Positions 36,249 to 51,618 of a stretch of 64,000 bases of DNA are shown piece by piece. The stretch is taken from positions 39,231-103,230 of the forward strand of contig JAWKOJ010000013.1 of NCBI GenBank assembly GCA_041391245.1, read 5' to 3'. The notes beneath the pieces are model-generated. The model saw only the letters and a program-made list of their open reading frames with translations, made no database searches and was not told the DNA's origin. The first letter of the stretch is position 1, and each line of letters begins with the position of its first letter. The position numbers were made by a program, and so were the translations under genes. This stretch comes from Caldilineales bacterium (GTDB lineage: Bacteria > Chloroflexota > Anaerolineae > JAAEKA01).

Positions 36249-37245
36249 TTACCAGGCGTATGCCTGAGGCGCTTCGCCGCCGGGGCCGGGCCAGATCTCA
36301 TCAAGCCGTCTCAGGGTTTCGTCGTCAAGTTGATGCTGGCGGCGCGCACTGCGCTTTCCAGTTGCTCCAGGGTGCGCGGGCCGATGATCGGCGCGGTCAC
36401 CACGGGGTTGTGCAGCAGCCAGGCCAGCGCAACCTCGCCAGGGGATGTCCGATTTCCCGGCACAGATGCTCGTACTTCTCCAGTTGCCCGCGTTGGCTTC
36501 GACTTCTTTAACGAAGTTCTCGTCGGTGCGGCGACCCGACTCGTATTTCTCCAGCGCCCCGCCCAACAGTCCGCCAGCCAGCGGGCTCCACGGGATCAGC
36601 CCCAGACCGTAGTGGCGGCAGGCGGGGATCACCTCCAGCTTCGATCATGCGGTTGTCCAGATGGTAGATACTTTGCTCGCTCACCAGACCCATGAGTCCC
36701 CGCCTGGAGGCTTCCTGGCAGGCGGTGGCGATGTCCCATCCGGCGAAGTTGCTGGAACCGACGTAGACGACCTTACCCTGCTTGACCAGCGCGCCGAAGG
36801 CTTGCCAGACTTCGTCCCAGGGACAGGCGCGATCGATGTGGTGCATCTGATAGAGGTCGATCCAATCCGTTTGCAGGCGCTTCAGGCTGCCTTCGCAGTG
36901 CTTGCGGATCTTGTAGGCGCTCAGGCTGCGGCCGTCGCTGTTGACTTCCGGCAGATTCGCCTTACGGTCCACGGGATTGAAGACCTTGGTTGCCAGGACC
37001 ACGGCATCGCGCCGTCCACCGCCCTGGGCGAACCAGCGCCCGATGATCTCCTCGGTGTGGCCGCGTTCCACAGTCCAGCCGTACACATCGGCTGTGTCGA
37101 AGAAGTTGATTCCCAGCTCCAGGGCACGATCCATGATGGCAAAGCTGTCCTCTTCGGATGTATGCCAGCCAAAGTTCATCGTTCCCAGGCAGAGGCTGCT
37201 GACCAGCACGCCGTGCTTTCCAAGTCGTTTGTTCGATACGGACAT
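36249..37245 (-). pseudogene. Aldo/keto reductase, about three frame breaks in the C-terminal third
   Basis: ORF 36508..37245 (LGKHGVLVSSLCLGTMNFG...IDLYQMHHID). It continues in 36249..36632 and a third frame (IPACRHYGLGLIPWSPLAGG, LALAWLLHNPVVTAPIIGPRTLEQL, LRRLDEIWPG). Confidence 0.75.
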
Positions 37246-37418
37246 GGTGTCTCCTTTTGGTGAAAGTGCTCGTTATACCACCAACCGGGTTGGTTGCTAT
37301 ACTGGCGCAAAACGTAAACGTGTCTGATACGAAGGCGCTCGTGCAGAGCGATGCAACAGGTTTGACACACTACGTTTCACGCATCACGCTGCAAAACCGG
37401 AGCAATCTGGTAGCGGCG

Positions 37419-38483
<1,065 letters not shown>

Positions 38484-38582
38484 TTAGCACCGCGCTGCGC
38501 AGCGCGGTATAATGATCCTCGCCAATCGTTGAACGATTCTGCAAACCCATTAAACACCGATGTGTCGGACAAAGGACTCACC

Positions 38583-39524
38583 ATGGGCGCGATGAACCTG
38601 CACTCGGAAGCCAACGGGCCCGATCGTACGCAGGCGAACAAGGCCGAGCTTGCCCAACGGATCGCGCGGGCCGTCCCCACCGATGGAGGCGCTGAGCCGT
38701 TGAAGGGTCTGCACCTGTTCCGCTCCTCGCGGCCAACGAAGCTGCACAGTGTATCCACCCCTTCGTTTTGTGTGATCGCCCAGGGCAGCAAGGAGGTCTT
38801 TCTCGCCAACGAGCGTTACCAGTACGATCCCGCCCACTACCTGCTCTACACAGCCGAACTGCCCATCCTGGTGCAGATCACCGACGCATCGCCGGCACAG
38901 CCATATCTCAGCCTGAGTCTGGACCTCGATTCCGTCCTGGTTGGCTCCGTTCTGGTTGAGGCCGGCCAGCCATCACGGCGCCGGCACGCGGATGTGAGAG
39001 CCATCAACGTTAGCGCACTGGACGGAGACCTGCTGGACGCCGTGGTGCGGCTGGTCAGACTCCTGGAGACCCCAAGTGAAGCCCGCTTTCTGGCACCGCT
39101 GATCACGCGTGAGATTATCTATCGGCTTCTCAGAGGTGAACAGAGCGATCGGCTTCGCCATCTGGCAGCCGTAGGCGGCAACACCCACCGCATCGTCAGG
39201 GCCATCGAGCGATTTCGCGATGAGCTGGACCAGCCGCTGCGCATCGACGACGTCGCCCAGGAGCTTGGCATGAGCGTCTCCAGCTTCCACCACCACTTCA
39301 AGGCCGTCACCGCGATGAGTCCCTTGCAGTTCCAAAAACAGTTGCGTCTGCAGGAGGCGCGCCGGCTTATGCTGGGCGAGCAGCTTGACGCGGCCAGCGC
39401 GGGCTACCGCGTGGGCTACGACGACGCGTCCCACTTCAACCGCGAGTACAAACGGCTGTTTGGCTCACCCCCCATGCGTGACGTGGAGCGGCTGCGCGCG
39501 ACCACTGGGGATGGTTTGAACTAG
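38583..39524 (+). CDS. AraC-family transcriptional regulator (AraC_N + HTH_18)
   Basis: SFCVIAQGSKEV, C-terminal SVSSFHHHFKAVTAMSPLQFQKQLRLQEARRLML...YDDASHFNREYKRLFG. Confidence 0.85.
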   Translation: MGAMNLHSEANGPDRTQANKAELAQRIARAVPTDGGAEPLKGLHLFRSSRPTKLHSVSTPSFCVIAQGSKEVFLANERYQYDPAHYLLYTAELPILVQITDASPAQPYLSLSLDLDSVLVGSVLVEAGQPSRRRHADVRAINVSALDGDLLDAVVRLVRLLETPSEARFLAPLITREIIYRLLRGEQSDRLRHLAAVGGNTHRIVRAIERFRDELDQPLRIDDVAQELGMSVSSFHHHFKAVTAMSPLQFQKQLRLQEARRLMLGEQLDAASAGYRVGYDDASHFNREYKRLFGSPPMRDVERLRATTGDGLN

Positions 39525-39652
39525 GTTCTCTTGCCATTGCGCAGTGGCAGCTTATCGTCGCCGGGGTGAAAACGCCAACGCAGCCTGGCCCCACGTCATT
39601 GGCAAGTCAACTTGACACAGGGTTCTGTTGACATACCACCTTGCAGAGTGAG

Positions 39653-39704
39653 CATCCACAGATGCCGGGCGTCACTGGCTCTCTACGCCCGGCATCTGTG
39701 GATG
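39653..39704. terminator. Bidirectional hairpin terminator
   Basis: Perfect 19-bp stem catccacagatgccgggcg / cgcccggcatctgtggatg between convergent genes. Confidence 0.7.
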
Positions 39705-39770
39705 CCTACTGCTCGGTTCAGGGTGTCGGGAAGCCAACAACAAGCTCTGACTGCGGAGTCTCAGCAGATC

Positions 39771-42236
<2,466 letters not shown>

Positions 42237-42363
42237 GATGGTCTCGTATTGCGTGTTGCGTAATGCGTAGCTGATATGGGGCGCGTGTTCGCGACAGTGG
42301 CATTGTAAGGGTAGGCGCTCTGCCTTTCCCTTCTTTCCGTGGTTTCCTTCATTTCCTGTCAGT

Positions 42364-43722
<1,359 letters not shown>

Positions 43723-43757
43723 GGGTTAACCTCTCAGTATGATGAGTTCGATCCAGT

Positions 43758-44531
43758 TCAGACCTGGATGACCGTCGCGCGGGCTGCGCGCACTTGTGCG
43801 ACCAGGTCGGCCGGCGCGTCGCAGTCCGTAATGATGGTGTCGATCTGGCTGACGGATGCAAAGGAGGCGAGACCGACCCGTCCCCACTTGGTGGCATCCA
43901 GCACCGCATATACCTGCCGGCACATTGCGGCCAGTTCCCGTTTGACATCCGCCTCATCGGCGCTGACATCGGTCAACCCCTCCTCCAAGGTGATGCCGTG
44001 AGCGCCGAAGAAGCCCTTCTGGATGTTGTACTGGGCCAGCATCTCCAGCCCGTCGAGGCCCACCAGCGAGAACGTGTCTCGGCGCAGCCGGCCGCCCGGC
44101 ACGACTACCTCCAGGTTGGCGTAGTCGGTCAGCTCCTGCACGATAGCGATGCTGTTGGTGATGACGGTGACGAAGCGGTGATCCGCCAGGTGGCGGGCGA
44201 TGGCCAGCGCGGTGCTGCTGGTGTCGAGGAAGACTGAGTCGCCGTCCTCGATCTGCGCCGCGCCCGCCTCGCCGATGTGGTCCTTGGCCTGCACCTGCTG
44301 CTGGCGGCGCAGCGCCAGCGACAGATCGCGCGACAGGCGGTTGGCCGGGATCGCGCCGCCGTGGGTCCGCACCACCAGGCCTTGATCGGCCAGCGCCTGC
44401 AGGTCGCCGCGGATCGTGACCTCGGAGACATCATGCGCCTGGCTCAGCTCGGCGACCGAAGCGCGGCCGTCGCGCTGAATGCGGTCGAAAATGTTGTGGC
44501 GGCGTTCCTGAGCGGACTGGGGGGTGGACAT
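43758..44531 (-). CDS. DeoR/GlpR-family transcriptional regulator
   Basis: 257 aa; [36 protein letters not shown], DeoR C-terminal sensor domain. Confidence 0.9.
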   Translation of the reverse strand: MSTPQSAQERRHNIFDRIQRDGRASVAELSQAHDVSEVTIRGDLQALADQGLVVRTHGGAIPANRLSRDLSLALRRQQQVQAKDHIGEAGAAQIEDGDSVFLDTSSTALAIARHLADHRFVTVITNSIAIVQELTDYANLEVVVPGGRLRRDTFSLVGLDGLEMLAQYNIQKGFFGAHGITLEEGLTDVSADEADVKRELAAMCRQVYAVLDATKWGRVGLASFASVSQIDTIITDCDAPADLVAQVRAARATVIQV

Positions 44532-44615
44532 CGGGCGACTTTCGTTTGCTTTCGAGTGGTTTCATTCTATGCCAAATCACAAGAAATGTCAAGAGGGTGC
44601 GAAGATGAATCTGGG

Positions 44616-44676
44616 CGCGGATGCACGCGGATCTCGCGGATTCGTTGAACAAATCCGCGAGATCCGCGTGCATCCG
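44616..44676. repeat. Perfect 25-bp palindrome (CACGGATC-type repeat family) in a divergent promoter region
   Basis: cggatgcacgcggatctcgcggatt / aatccgcgagatccgcgtgcatccg with a 10-nt loop. A related element lies at 58631-58696. Confidence 0.85.
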
Positions 44677-44767
44677 TGTCCCCAAGTCCGGCAAGTAGTT
44701 TTGACATCCGCTCGATGTAGCCTATCATAGCCAGACGATATACTACTATCTGGAGACACCGCCAACC

Positions 44768-46012
44768 ATGCCTGAACTACCCGTTGTCATCGAACCCGAC
44801 GCCGTACCATCCCTGACCAGCTTTTTGCACGAGCGCGGCGTCGCGAGCGTCAATCTGGTGGCCGACCACAACACCTGGCGCGTGCTGGGTGAGCGGGCTG
44901 CCGGCGCGCTGGCCGCGGCCGGGATCGACGTCCACACAATCCTGCTGGCGGGCGAGGAGGTCACACCCGACGAGCAAGCCATCGTCGAGGTGCTGTTGGC
45001 AGCCGGCCGCGAGCAGCGTCCCTACGTCGCCGTTGGCTCCGGCACGATCACCGACGTCGTCCGCTTCGCCAGCCATCGCACCGGCAACGACTTCGTCTCG
45101 CTGCCGACCGCGCCGTCCGTGGACGCCTATACCTCCACCGCTTCATCGCTGATCATCCGCCAGCTCAAGCAAAGCGTCTACGGCCATGCGCCGGTCGCCG
45201 TGTTCGCCGACCTTAACACCCTGTGCGCCGCGCCGCGGCCGATGATCGCCGCTGGCTTTGGCGACGTGGTGGCGAAATTCACCTCGGTAGCCGACTGGAA
45301 GCTGGCTGCGCTGCTGTGGGACGGGCCGTTCAGCGAGCCGGTCGCGCAGCGCATGGAGATGGCACGCGACCGCTGCATGGCGCAGGTCGACGCGGTGGGC
45401 GCGGCCGAGCCGCAGGGCATCCGCGACCTGATCGACGCGTTGATCGAGGCGGGGCTGTGTATGCTGGCGTTCGGCGGCTCGCAGCCGGCAGGCCAGTCCG
45501 AGCACTACATCTCGCACTATCTGGAGATGAAGTTGGTGCGCGAGGGCCGCCGTCCCGTGCTGCACGGCGCCAAGACCGGCATGGCGACGGTGATCGTCGC
45601 CCGCTATTACGAGCAGATCCGCCGCATGAGTCGCCAGGACGCCGCACAGCGCCTGGCCGCATCGCCCCTGCCCGATCGCGGGCGCGAGATCGAGCGCATC
45701 CACTATGCCTACGGCGACCTGACGGATGCGCTGATCGTCGAGCAGGCGGACTTTCTGGACATGACTGAAGCGCGCTGGCAACAGCTCAAGCAGCGCATTC
45801 TGGACCGCTGGACAGTCGTGCAAGCTATCGCGGCAGGGGTGCCGTCGCCGGCTGTCTTGACCGACTTACTGGAACGGGCTGGCGGGACTGCTGACTACCG
45901 CGCGTTGGGGCTGGGCGACAAGGAGATGGCGCTCGCCGAGGAATACGGCCACTACGTGCGCAACCGCTTCACTGTCATGAAGTTAAGCCGGGTGTTGGGG
46001 CTGCTGGAGTAG
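44768..46012 (+). CDS. Iron-containing alcohol dehydrogenase family, sn-glycerol-1-phosphate dehydrogenase (AraM/EgsA)-like
   Basis: 414 aa; GSGTITDVVRFAS, SLPTAPSVDAYTS, AAGFGDVVAKFTSVADWKL, SEHYISHYLEM. Confidence 0.7.
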   Translation: MPELPVVIEPDAVPSLTSFLHERGVASVNLVADHNTWRVLGERAAGALAAAGIDVHTILLAGEEVTPDEQAIVEVLLAAGREQRPYVAVGSGTITDVVRFASHRTGNDFVSLPTAPSVDAYTSTASSLIIRQLKQSVYGHAPVAVFADLNTLCAAPRPMIAAGFGDVVAKFTSVADWKLAALLWDGPFSEPVAQRMEMARDRCMAQVDAVGAAEPQGIRDLIDALIEAGLCMLAFGGSQPAGQSEHYISHYLEMKLVREGRRPVLHGAKTGMATVIVARYYEQIRRMSRQDAAQRLAASPLPDRGREIERIHYAYGDLTDALIVEQADFLDMTEARWQQLKQRILDRWTVVQAIAAGVPSPAVLTDLLERAGGTADYRALGLGDKEMALAEEYGHYVRNRFTVMKLSRVLGLLE

Positions 46013-46054
46013 CCGGCTGGTGCTGGCTCGGTCGGAGACCGGCCAGAGCGGAGG

Positions 46055-46131
46055 GATCGTGGAGACGTGAAGACGTGAAACGTGATCACGCCCAGTCGGG
46101 TTGGCTCTCACGTTTCACGTTTTGCGTTTCA
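46055..46131. repeat. Tandem-heptamer hairpin (ACGTGAA / TTCACGT family) between convergent genes
   Basis: gagacgtgaagacgtgaaacgtgatcacg ... ctcacgtttcacgttttgcgtttcag. Confidence 0.75.
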
Positions 46132-46172
46132 GCCCGAAGTCACGGACCGCGAAACATACCCGGACCTCGAAG

Positions 46173-46637
46173 CTATGGCCGAGCGGGCGCCTGGATGATC
46201 TCCAGCGTGATGTCGTCCGGGTCGAGGAAGTAGCAGGTGTAGCCGCCGGTGTTGATGCCGGCCTCGATGGCCACCGGCTCGCTGCGGAAGCGCACCCCCA
46301 GCGCGGCCATGCGGGCGTGTTCGGCGTGGATGTCGTCCACCTGGAACGCCAGGTGCGCGGTGCCGGGGTTGAGCGTGCGCGCGTCCACTTTGACGCCCTT
46401 GGGGGCAACGTATTCCACCAGTTCCAGCACGTGGCCGGAGCGGGGTGTTGGCAGGCCGGCGATCCGGAATTGCGCCACCTTCAGGTGGGCGTCGGGATAG
46501 CCCACAAACTTGCGGGTGTAGGCGTTGGCCTGTTCCTGCGTGTGGACCAACTCCATGCGCAGGATGTCGCGGTAGAAGCCAATGGAGCGCTCGATGTCGC
46601 TCACAGTGAAGCTGAAGTGCCAGGTGTTGATGAGCAT
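46173..46637 (-). CDS. VOC (glyoxalase/bleomycin-resistance/dioxygenase) family protein
   Basis: 154 aa; HFSFTVSDIERSIGFYRDILRMELV, GTAHLAFQVDDIHAE. Confidence 0.8.
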   Translation of the reverse strand: MLINTWHFSFTVSDIERSIGFYRDILRMELVHTQEQANAYTRKFVGYPDAHLKVAQFRIAGLPTPRSGHVLELVEYVAPKGVKVDARTLNPGTAHLAFQVDDIHAEHARMAALGVRFRSEPVAIEAGINTGGYTCYFLDPDDITLEIIQAPARP

Positions 46638-46659
46638 GAGGTAACTCCCAGTTACAGAC

Positions 46660-47997
46660 TTATTGCCCTGCTACGCGATCCACGAACAGCCCCGACAGCC
46701 CAACATACGCCTCAGGCTGCAACATCGCGCCGATCTGCTCCGGCGACAGGTAGCGGGTGACGCGTTCGTCCTCGGCCAGAAGGTCGCGCAGGGGACGGTC
46801 CTGCTCGAAGGCCAGCATCGACGCCTCGTGGACGACTTCGTGGGCGGTTTGCCTGCCCACGAAGTCGCCCAGCCTGAGCATCACCGCCTCAGACAGGATC
46901 AGGCCGTGCAGCGCGCCCACGTTGCGCCGCATCCGCTCCGGGTAGACGATGAGATGCTCGATCACCCGCAGCGTGTGCGCCACCGCGCCGCCGGCCAGGA
47001 TGCTGGCCTCGGGCACGCACGCCCATTCGATGTGCACCGCCGACCAGTCGCGCTCGTGCTCCGACTCCATGGCCGACAGCACGGTGTTCTGGATGCCGCG
47101 CACCATCCTCGCCTCGGCCATGATCCCCTCGCAGACCATCGGGTTGCGTTTGTGGGGCATGGTGCTGGACCCAACCTTGCCGCGCACGTAGGGCTCTTCC
47201 AGTTCGGCCACTTCCGACTTCTGCAACAGGATCACCTCGTGGGCAATCTTGCTCATGGTCATGGCGATCATGGCCAGCAACGAAACGTACTCGGCGAAGC
47301 CGTCTCTCGCCGGGTGCCAGCAGATCTCCGGCACGCGGAGCCCTAGCTCGGCCATCAGCAGCCGCTGGATCTCCAGTCCTTGCTCGCCCACCGAGGCCAG
47401 TGTACCGGCGGCACCGGCGAACTGGCCGACCAGCACCGCGGCCCGGCCTGCTCCAGCCGTTCGATGTGGCGGCGCACCTCGGCCAGCCAGATCGCGACCT
47501 TGAAGCCGAAGGTGATGGGCAGCGCGTGCTGGCCATGGGTGCGGCCGGGCAGGATCGTGTCGCGCTCGCGGCGCGCCAGATCGGCCAGCGCGCCGGCCAG
47601 CGCCTGCAGGTCGCGCAGGATGATCGCGCACGCCGCTTTGACCTGCAACACCAGCCCGGTGTCGGTCACGTCCTGAGTGGTGGCACCCCAGTGCACCCAG
47701 CCGCCGGCGTCCCCTTCGCACAGCCTCGCCAGTTGCCAGATCAGCGGCACCAGCTCGTGAGTCGTGTCGTAGATGCCCTGGCGCAGCGGCGAGGTCGATG
47801 TTTTCGACGCGCGCCTGGCGGGTGATCTCAGCGGCCGCGGCCGCGGGCACCAGACCGACCGCCGCTTCAGCCCGCGCTAACGCGGCCTCGTAATCGAGCC
47901 AGCACTGCAGCAGCGCCTCGTCGCTGAACACAGCGCGCAGCTCGTCGGTGCCGTACATGTCGCGGAAGATGAGAGAGTCGATGGCGTTGGATGGCAT
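46660..47997 (-). pseudogene. Fumarate-lyase superfamily enzyme (adenylosuccinate lyase / 3-carboxymuconate cycloisomerase-like), two frame breaks
   Basis: ORF 46660..47997 carries GSSTMPHKRNP. Its middle (about 47440-47780) is garbled. The correct frame there is ORF 47355..47750 (VHWGATTQDVTDTG, PGRTHGQHALPITFG). Confidence 0.8.
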
Positions 47998-48034
47998 GGC
48001 AAATGGCTAGTGGTTGATGAGCAACGGTTAATGG

Positions 48035-49125
48035 TTAATGGCCGGAGACGGATTGGGCGATAAGGGTGGGTATGGCACGAAGACGGGCCAGGTCGGCGTG
48101 AATGGGGACGACATCGGCGATGCCGAGGATCGTGTGCGGGTCGGCGCTGGCCTGCGGGCTGCTCGGACAACCATAGCCTCGAACTGGTCCTGGTCGAAAT
48201 CGGGTAACAGGGCGTCCTGCGGAATGCCGCCCCACAGAGTGAACGCGGGTCCGGTCAACAGCCGCGCTTCGGACAGGGTAGCGTCGCTCTGCGGCGGACC
48301 GCAGACGCCCTCAACGCCGTCCACACTTGCGTCTGCCAGAGGCCGCAGCAACCGGCCAATCGGCCCGCCGGTGCCGGCCAGCAACATCTTGTCGCTGCCG
48401 TGCAGGAGCATGGCAGTGCGGCGGTAGCTGTATGCCAGGTAGCGCTGAAACAGGGCTGGTGAGATGAACTGGGCATCCAGGTTGTCGGGCGAAACGACGA
48501 CCTTGCCAGGCAGCACAGTGATCTGTTCGACCAGGGCCTGCATCTTGTCCTCCAAGACAGCAACGACCTCTGCCACGAGATCCTGAGCGTCGAAGAACAG
48601 CAGCAGACCGTCGCTCCAGCCCAGCCATTCCAGGAAGACCTGCGAAAATGGTCGCCGCGGCAGTTCCAGCGCGACGATTCCATCGTCGCCAACCTCGACA
48701 GTCTTTCGCTCCAGCGCGGTTGGGTCAACGTCGTAGCGGCGTTGCGAGACGATTTGAAGCAAAATGTGCAGGTCCGATGGCGACTTGACGGAATACTCGG
48801 TTTGCCACCAGTCGCCGTCCGGGCCGAGGGTCCAGCGCTCGGTCAGCTCGCCGGCCGCGGCGCAGTAACGAACCAGCCGCTCGCGGGGCGTTTCAACCCT
48901 TTGCACCGCGACGTCGCCGTGATCGACGCCGAAGGCACAAACGGTCAGCCAGGCCGGCACGCCGAGACTGCACGCAATCTGCGGCAGCGACCAGCCTTGC
49001 CACCCGGCAGGCAGCGTCCCGCGCCGGTTGTGCCATTCGTACCACAGCATCAGGTCGGGGAGGAAGCGCGCTCCGCTCCCGCCGGCTAAGCTGAACAGAT
49101 GTGCAAACCGATTGTTGTTTATCAA
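48035..49125 (-). pseudogene. URO-D-like (uroporphyrinogen decarboxylase / methyltransferase family) protein, one frame break
   Basis: ORF 48028..49125. The true C-terminus is in ORF 48035..48235 (ILGIADVVPIHADLARLRAIPTLI) after a frame change near 48165. Confidence 0.55.
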
Positions 49126-49146
49126 TGGATTATTCAGCCGTATCGG

Positions 49147-49536
49147 TCACGGTAACTGGACTGTCATCATGATCTCGTCCAAAACCTCGGCGAGATCCGG
49201 CGCAGTTGATTCCACAACTCTGTCTTCGTCGGCGACATGTTTATGATGGGGATAAGTTGTCAAGCCAAGCTTGCGGTGATGGCCCGTGTTGTCGTACCGG
49301 AACATGAGGCGCTGCTCGGAATCCATGTACTGGTAAACATAGGTGAAGCGATCAATCGTGTCTTCTGCATCGACAAATTCTCGCAGATGCAGTGTCGAAC
49401 CATCGATGAAGTCAAGCTCCCCGCGGATGTACCCCTGAAACGGCGCACGCTTCTCGTAGGTCATATTCGACGATTGGACTATCGGACAAGCAGCGATCAC
49501 TACGCCGAGCTGAAGGAAGTAATCGTCAATTGACAA
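49147..49536 (-). CDS. DUF6516 (TumE-like putative toxin) protein
   Basis: 129 aa; GYIRGELDFIDGSTLHLREFV...YVYQYMD...FRYDNTGHH...YPHHKH; about 50% GC. Confidence 0.7.
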   Translation of the reverse strand: MSIDDYFLQLGVVIAACPIVQSSNMTYEKRAPFQGYIRGELDFIDGSTLHLREFVDAEDTIDRFTYVYQYMDSEQRLMFRYDNTGHHRKLGLTTYPHHKHVADEDRVVESTAPDLAEVLDEIMMTVQLP

Positions 49537-49816
49537 TACTGATACCCCGGTAGGCGTCTGCTTTTTCGCGCAAGCGAATCAACAATCGATATTCCCCGAT
49601 CCATTCGACAAATTCCAGGGTTTCGGGGAACTCGTCCTTCTCGAAGCGTTCGATGAACTGGCGAGTGTCCATTCCGTGTACTGCCTCAAATTCACCCAAA
49701 CGACGCTCAGATCGTTGAATCGCCGCTTCCAGAATGCGCAATTCATTGTTCAACGCAGCCTCGACCAGAGGTTTCAGCGGTTGACGGGTGGTTGCAGTTA
49801 GGGTAAGTTGACTCAT
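49526..49816 (-). CDS. Small partner protein of DUF6516 (putative antitoxin)
   Basis: 96 aa; 11-nt overlap with the downstream gene; LRILEAAIQRSERRLGEFE...EFVEWIGEYRLL. Confidence 0.6.
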   Translation of the reverse strand: MSQLTLTATTRQPLKPLVEAALNNELRILEAAIQRSERRLGEFEAVHGMDTRQFIERFEKDEFPETLEFVEWIGEYRLLIRLREKADAYRGISIVN

Positions 49817-49909
49817 CGAACCTCCTTAGCGCGGGCCATTGAAGCGTCCTGCCTCACCTGAAGGGTTATTCTTGGGTGACAGGATTGTAGCACCGGCGGT
49901 CAATGGGCG

Positions 49910-50812
49910 TCAAGGATTCGTGCCGCCTGGGTATTCCGCCTGCCAGTCCTCGCCGAAGTCCGGCGCATCGGGTGGTGTGGGCACGCCGGTCCGCGGATAG
50001 TGATATGCGCGCGTCTGGTCCTCGTCCTTGTAGATATACCACGTGCAGGGCGCATCGGGGTTCATGACGTGGTCCAGCGGGCGCAGCAGCCGGCCGCGCT
50101 GCCGGCCCGGCAGCCACTCCATCGCGATGGCGCAGTGGCTGCAGTACCAGTGGATGCCGGTCTTCTGCCAGGTCCAGTCATGCGGCTGCTGGTTGACGCC
50201 GTGCTCGTCCACCGGGTAGGGCGGGCGCCCAGTCTCGGGATCGCCGCGCCGCAGCACGCCGCCGCTGCCGCACAGTTCCATGGCCATCACCAGCCGGTCG
50301 CCGTCGTCGCGTACGGTCACGTCGCCGCGGCGGCGCTCGCCGCTGAAGTGCCCGCCGCGCATCCCTTCCACCGTCAGCGCTAGCCGCTCGTGCGGTGTCA
50401 TCCTGGACCAGTTTTCGTAGCGGTCGCCCCAGATGCTCTGATGCGTCTCGAGGATCGACTCAAGCACAGCTTCCTCACCCCAGCGCACGGCGATCGTGGT
50501 CAGCAGGTTCTGCACCCAGGCCACCAGCACGTCGTGAGGATATTTGAACTCCAGTCGCATCTGGTCGAGCAGAAGGACTGGCAGTCCTTCGGAAGGACTG
50601 CCAGTCCTCAGCGCGCGGATCGCCTCCTTGCAGCGCTCGCGCAGCGCCTCGCCCAGCGGGTAGGTGCGCCAGATGTCCAGCAGCGCGGTCGAAAGCTCGC
50701 CGGCGTTGTCCGACGGCCCGCCGCGGGCGATGATGTAGCGGGTAATGTCGGTCAGCCAGGTGCGCATGATGGTGTGCATGATGCGCATCTCCTGATGGAA
50801 GTAGTCCACCAA
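49910..50812 (-). CDS. Hypothetical Cys-containing protein, probably the 3' part of a longer frame-broken gene
   Basis: 300 aa, TTG start in the track. Upstream frames (50823..51098, 50752..51213, 51272..51463) read on without an obvious start. Confidence 0.45.
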   Translation of the reverse strand: MVDYFHQEMRIMHTIMRTWLTDITRYIIARGGPSDNAGELSTALLDIWRTYPLGEALRERCKEAIRALRTGSPSEGLPVLLLDQMRLEFKYPHDVLVAWVQNLLTTIAVRWGEEAVLESILETHQSIWGDRYENWSRMTPHERLALTVEGMRGGHFSGERRRGDVTVRDDGDRLVMAMELCGSGGVLRRGDPETGRPPYPVDEHGVNQQPHDWTWQKTGIHWYCSHCAIAMEWLPGRQRGRLLRPLDHVMNPDAPCTWYIYKDEDQTRAYHYPRTGVPTPPDAPDFGEDWQAEYPGGTNP

Positions 50813-51618
50813 CTCAATGGCTTCATCCGCCGCCCGGCCCGATCGCTTCCTCGGCCAGCGTCTGCGTCGAGACGCCCAGCGTCAGGTCGTCGACACGCAA
50901 CGCGCGACCGAGGATCTCTGAATTCCAGTTTGACCTGGTCTGCCAGCCTGGGGGCAAAAAGCAGCGCGGCCGGGGTAACGATGTAGCCTGCCAGAAACCG
51001 TCCTCGAACACCGGAGCCGAACCAGCCAGCGAATATCCATTGCTTTGGCCGTCCGCCAGCCAGCCCTGCCAGTCCGGCCACCAACGCCTGCAGTTCATCG
51101 TGGTTCAGAGAGCCGTCGATCTTGAGTGGAAAGAGCTTCTCGAGTTCTCTGTTTCTCTGCCACAGTCTCGGCGCTTGTTTGTCTTGGCAACGGTGCCAGC
51201 TTGAGGCTGCCATGCGGCGGAGACCTCAGAGCCACCTGATCAGTCTGTCCCGCGGCCTCGACCAGCCGCGCTTAAGCTCGTCGAACAGTTCGATGGAAAG
51301 CTGATGAAGTTGAGATAATTGCCGGTTTGGTGGTGCCGGGCAATCCGGTCTTAGCGGCCAATCCCGCTGCACCGGCGGCTGTGTTCCAGACCGTTTTTTG
51401 CGACTTCCATGCCTGAGGCCCTGGGATCAGATAACCCTCGCGCAACTTCAAGGGCGGGTTCACCAGAACGTTTGCGAGGATCGCTGCATCGCTGCCGGGG
51501 AGACCAGGATCAGCAGCGAATGGCTCGGCTGCAAAGTGATCTCCCGCGCCTTATCACTACGACACCGATGTCGCGATAGTGCTTGTAGGCGAGATCGACA
51601 GAAATGACTGTCACGACA

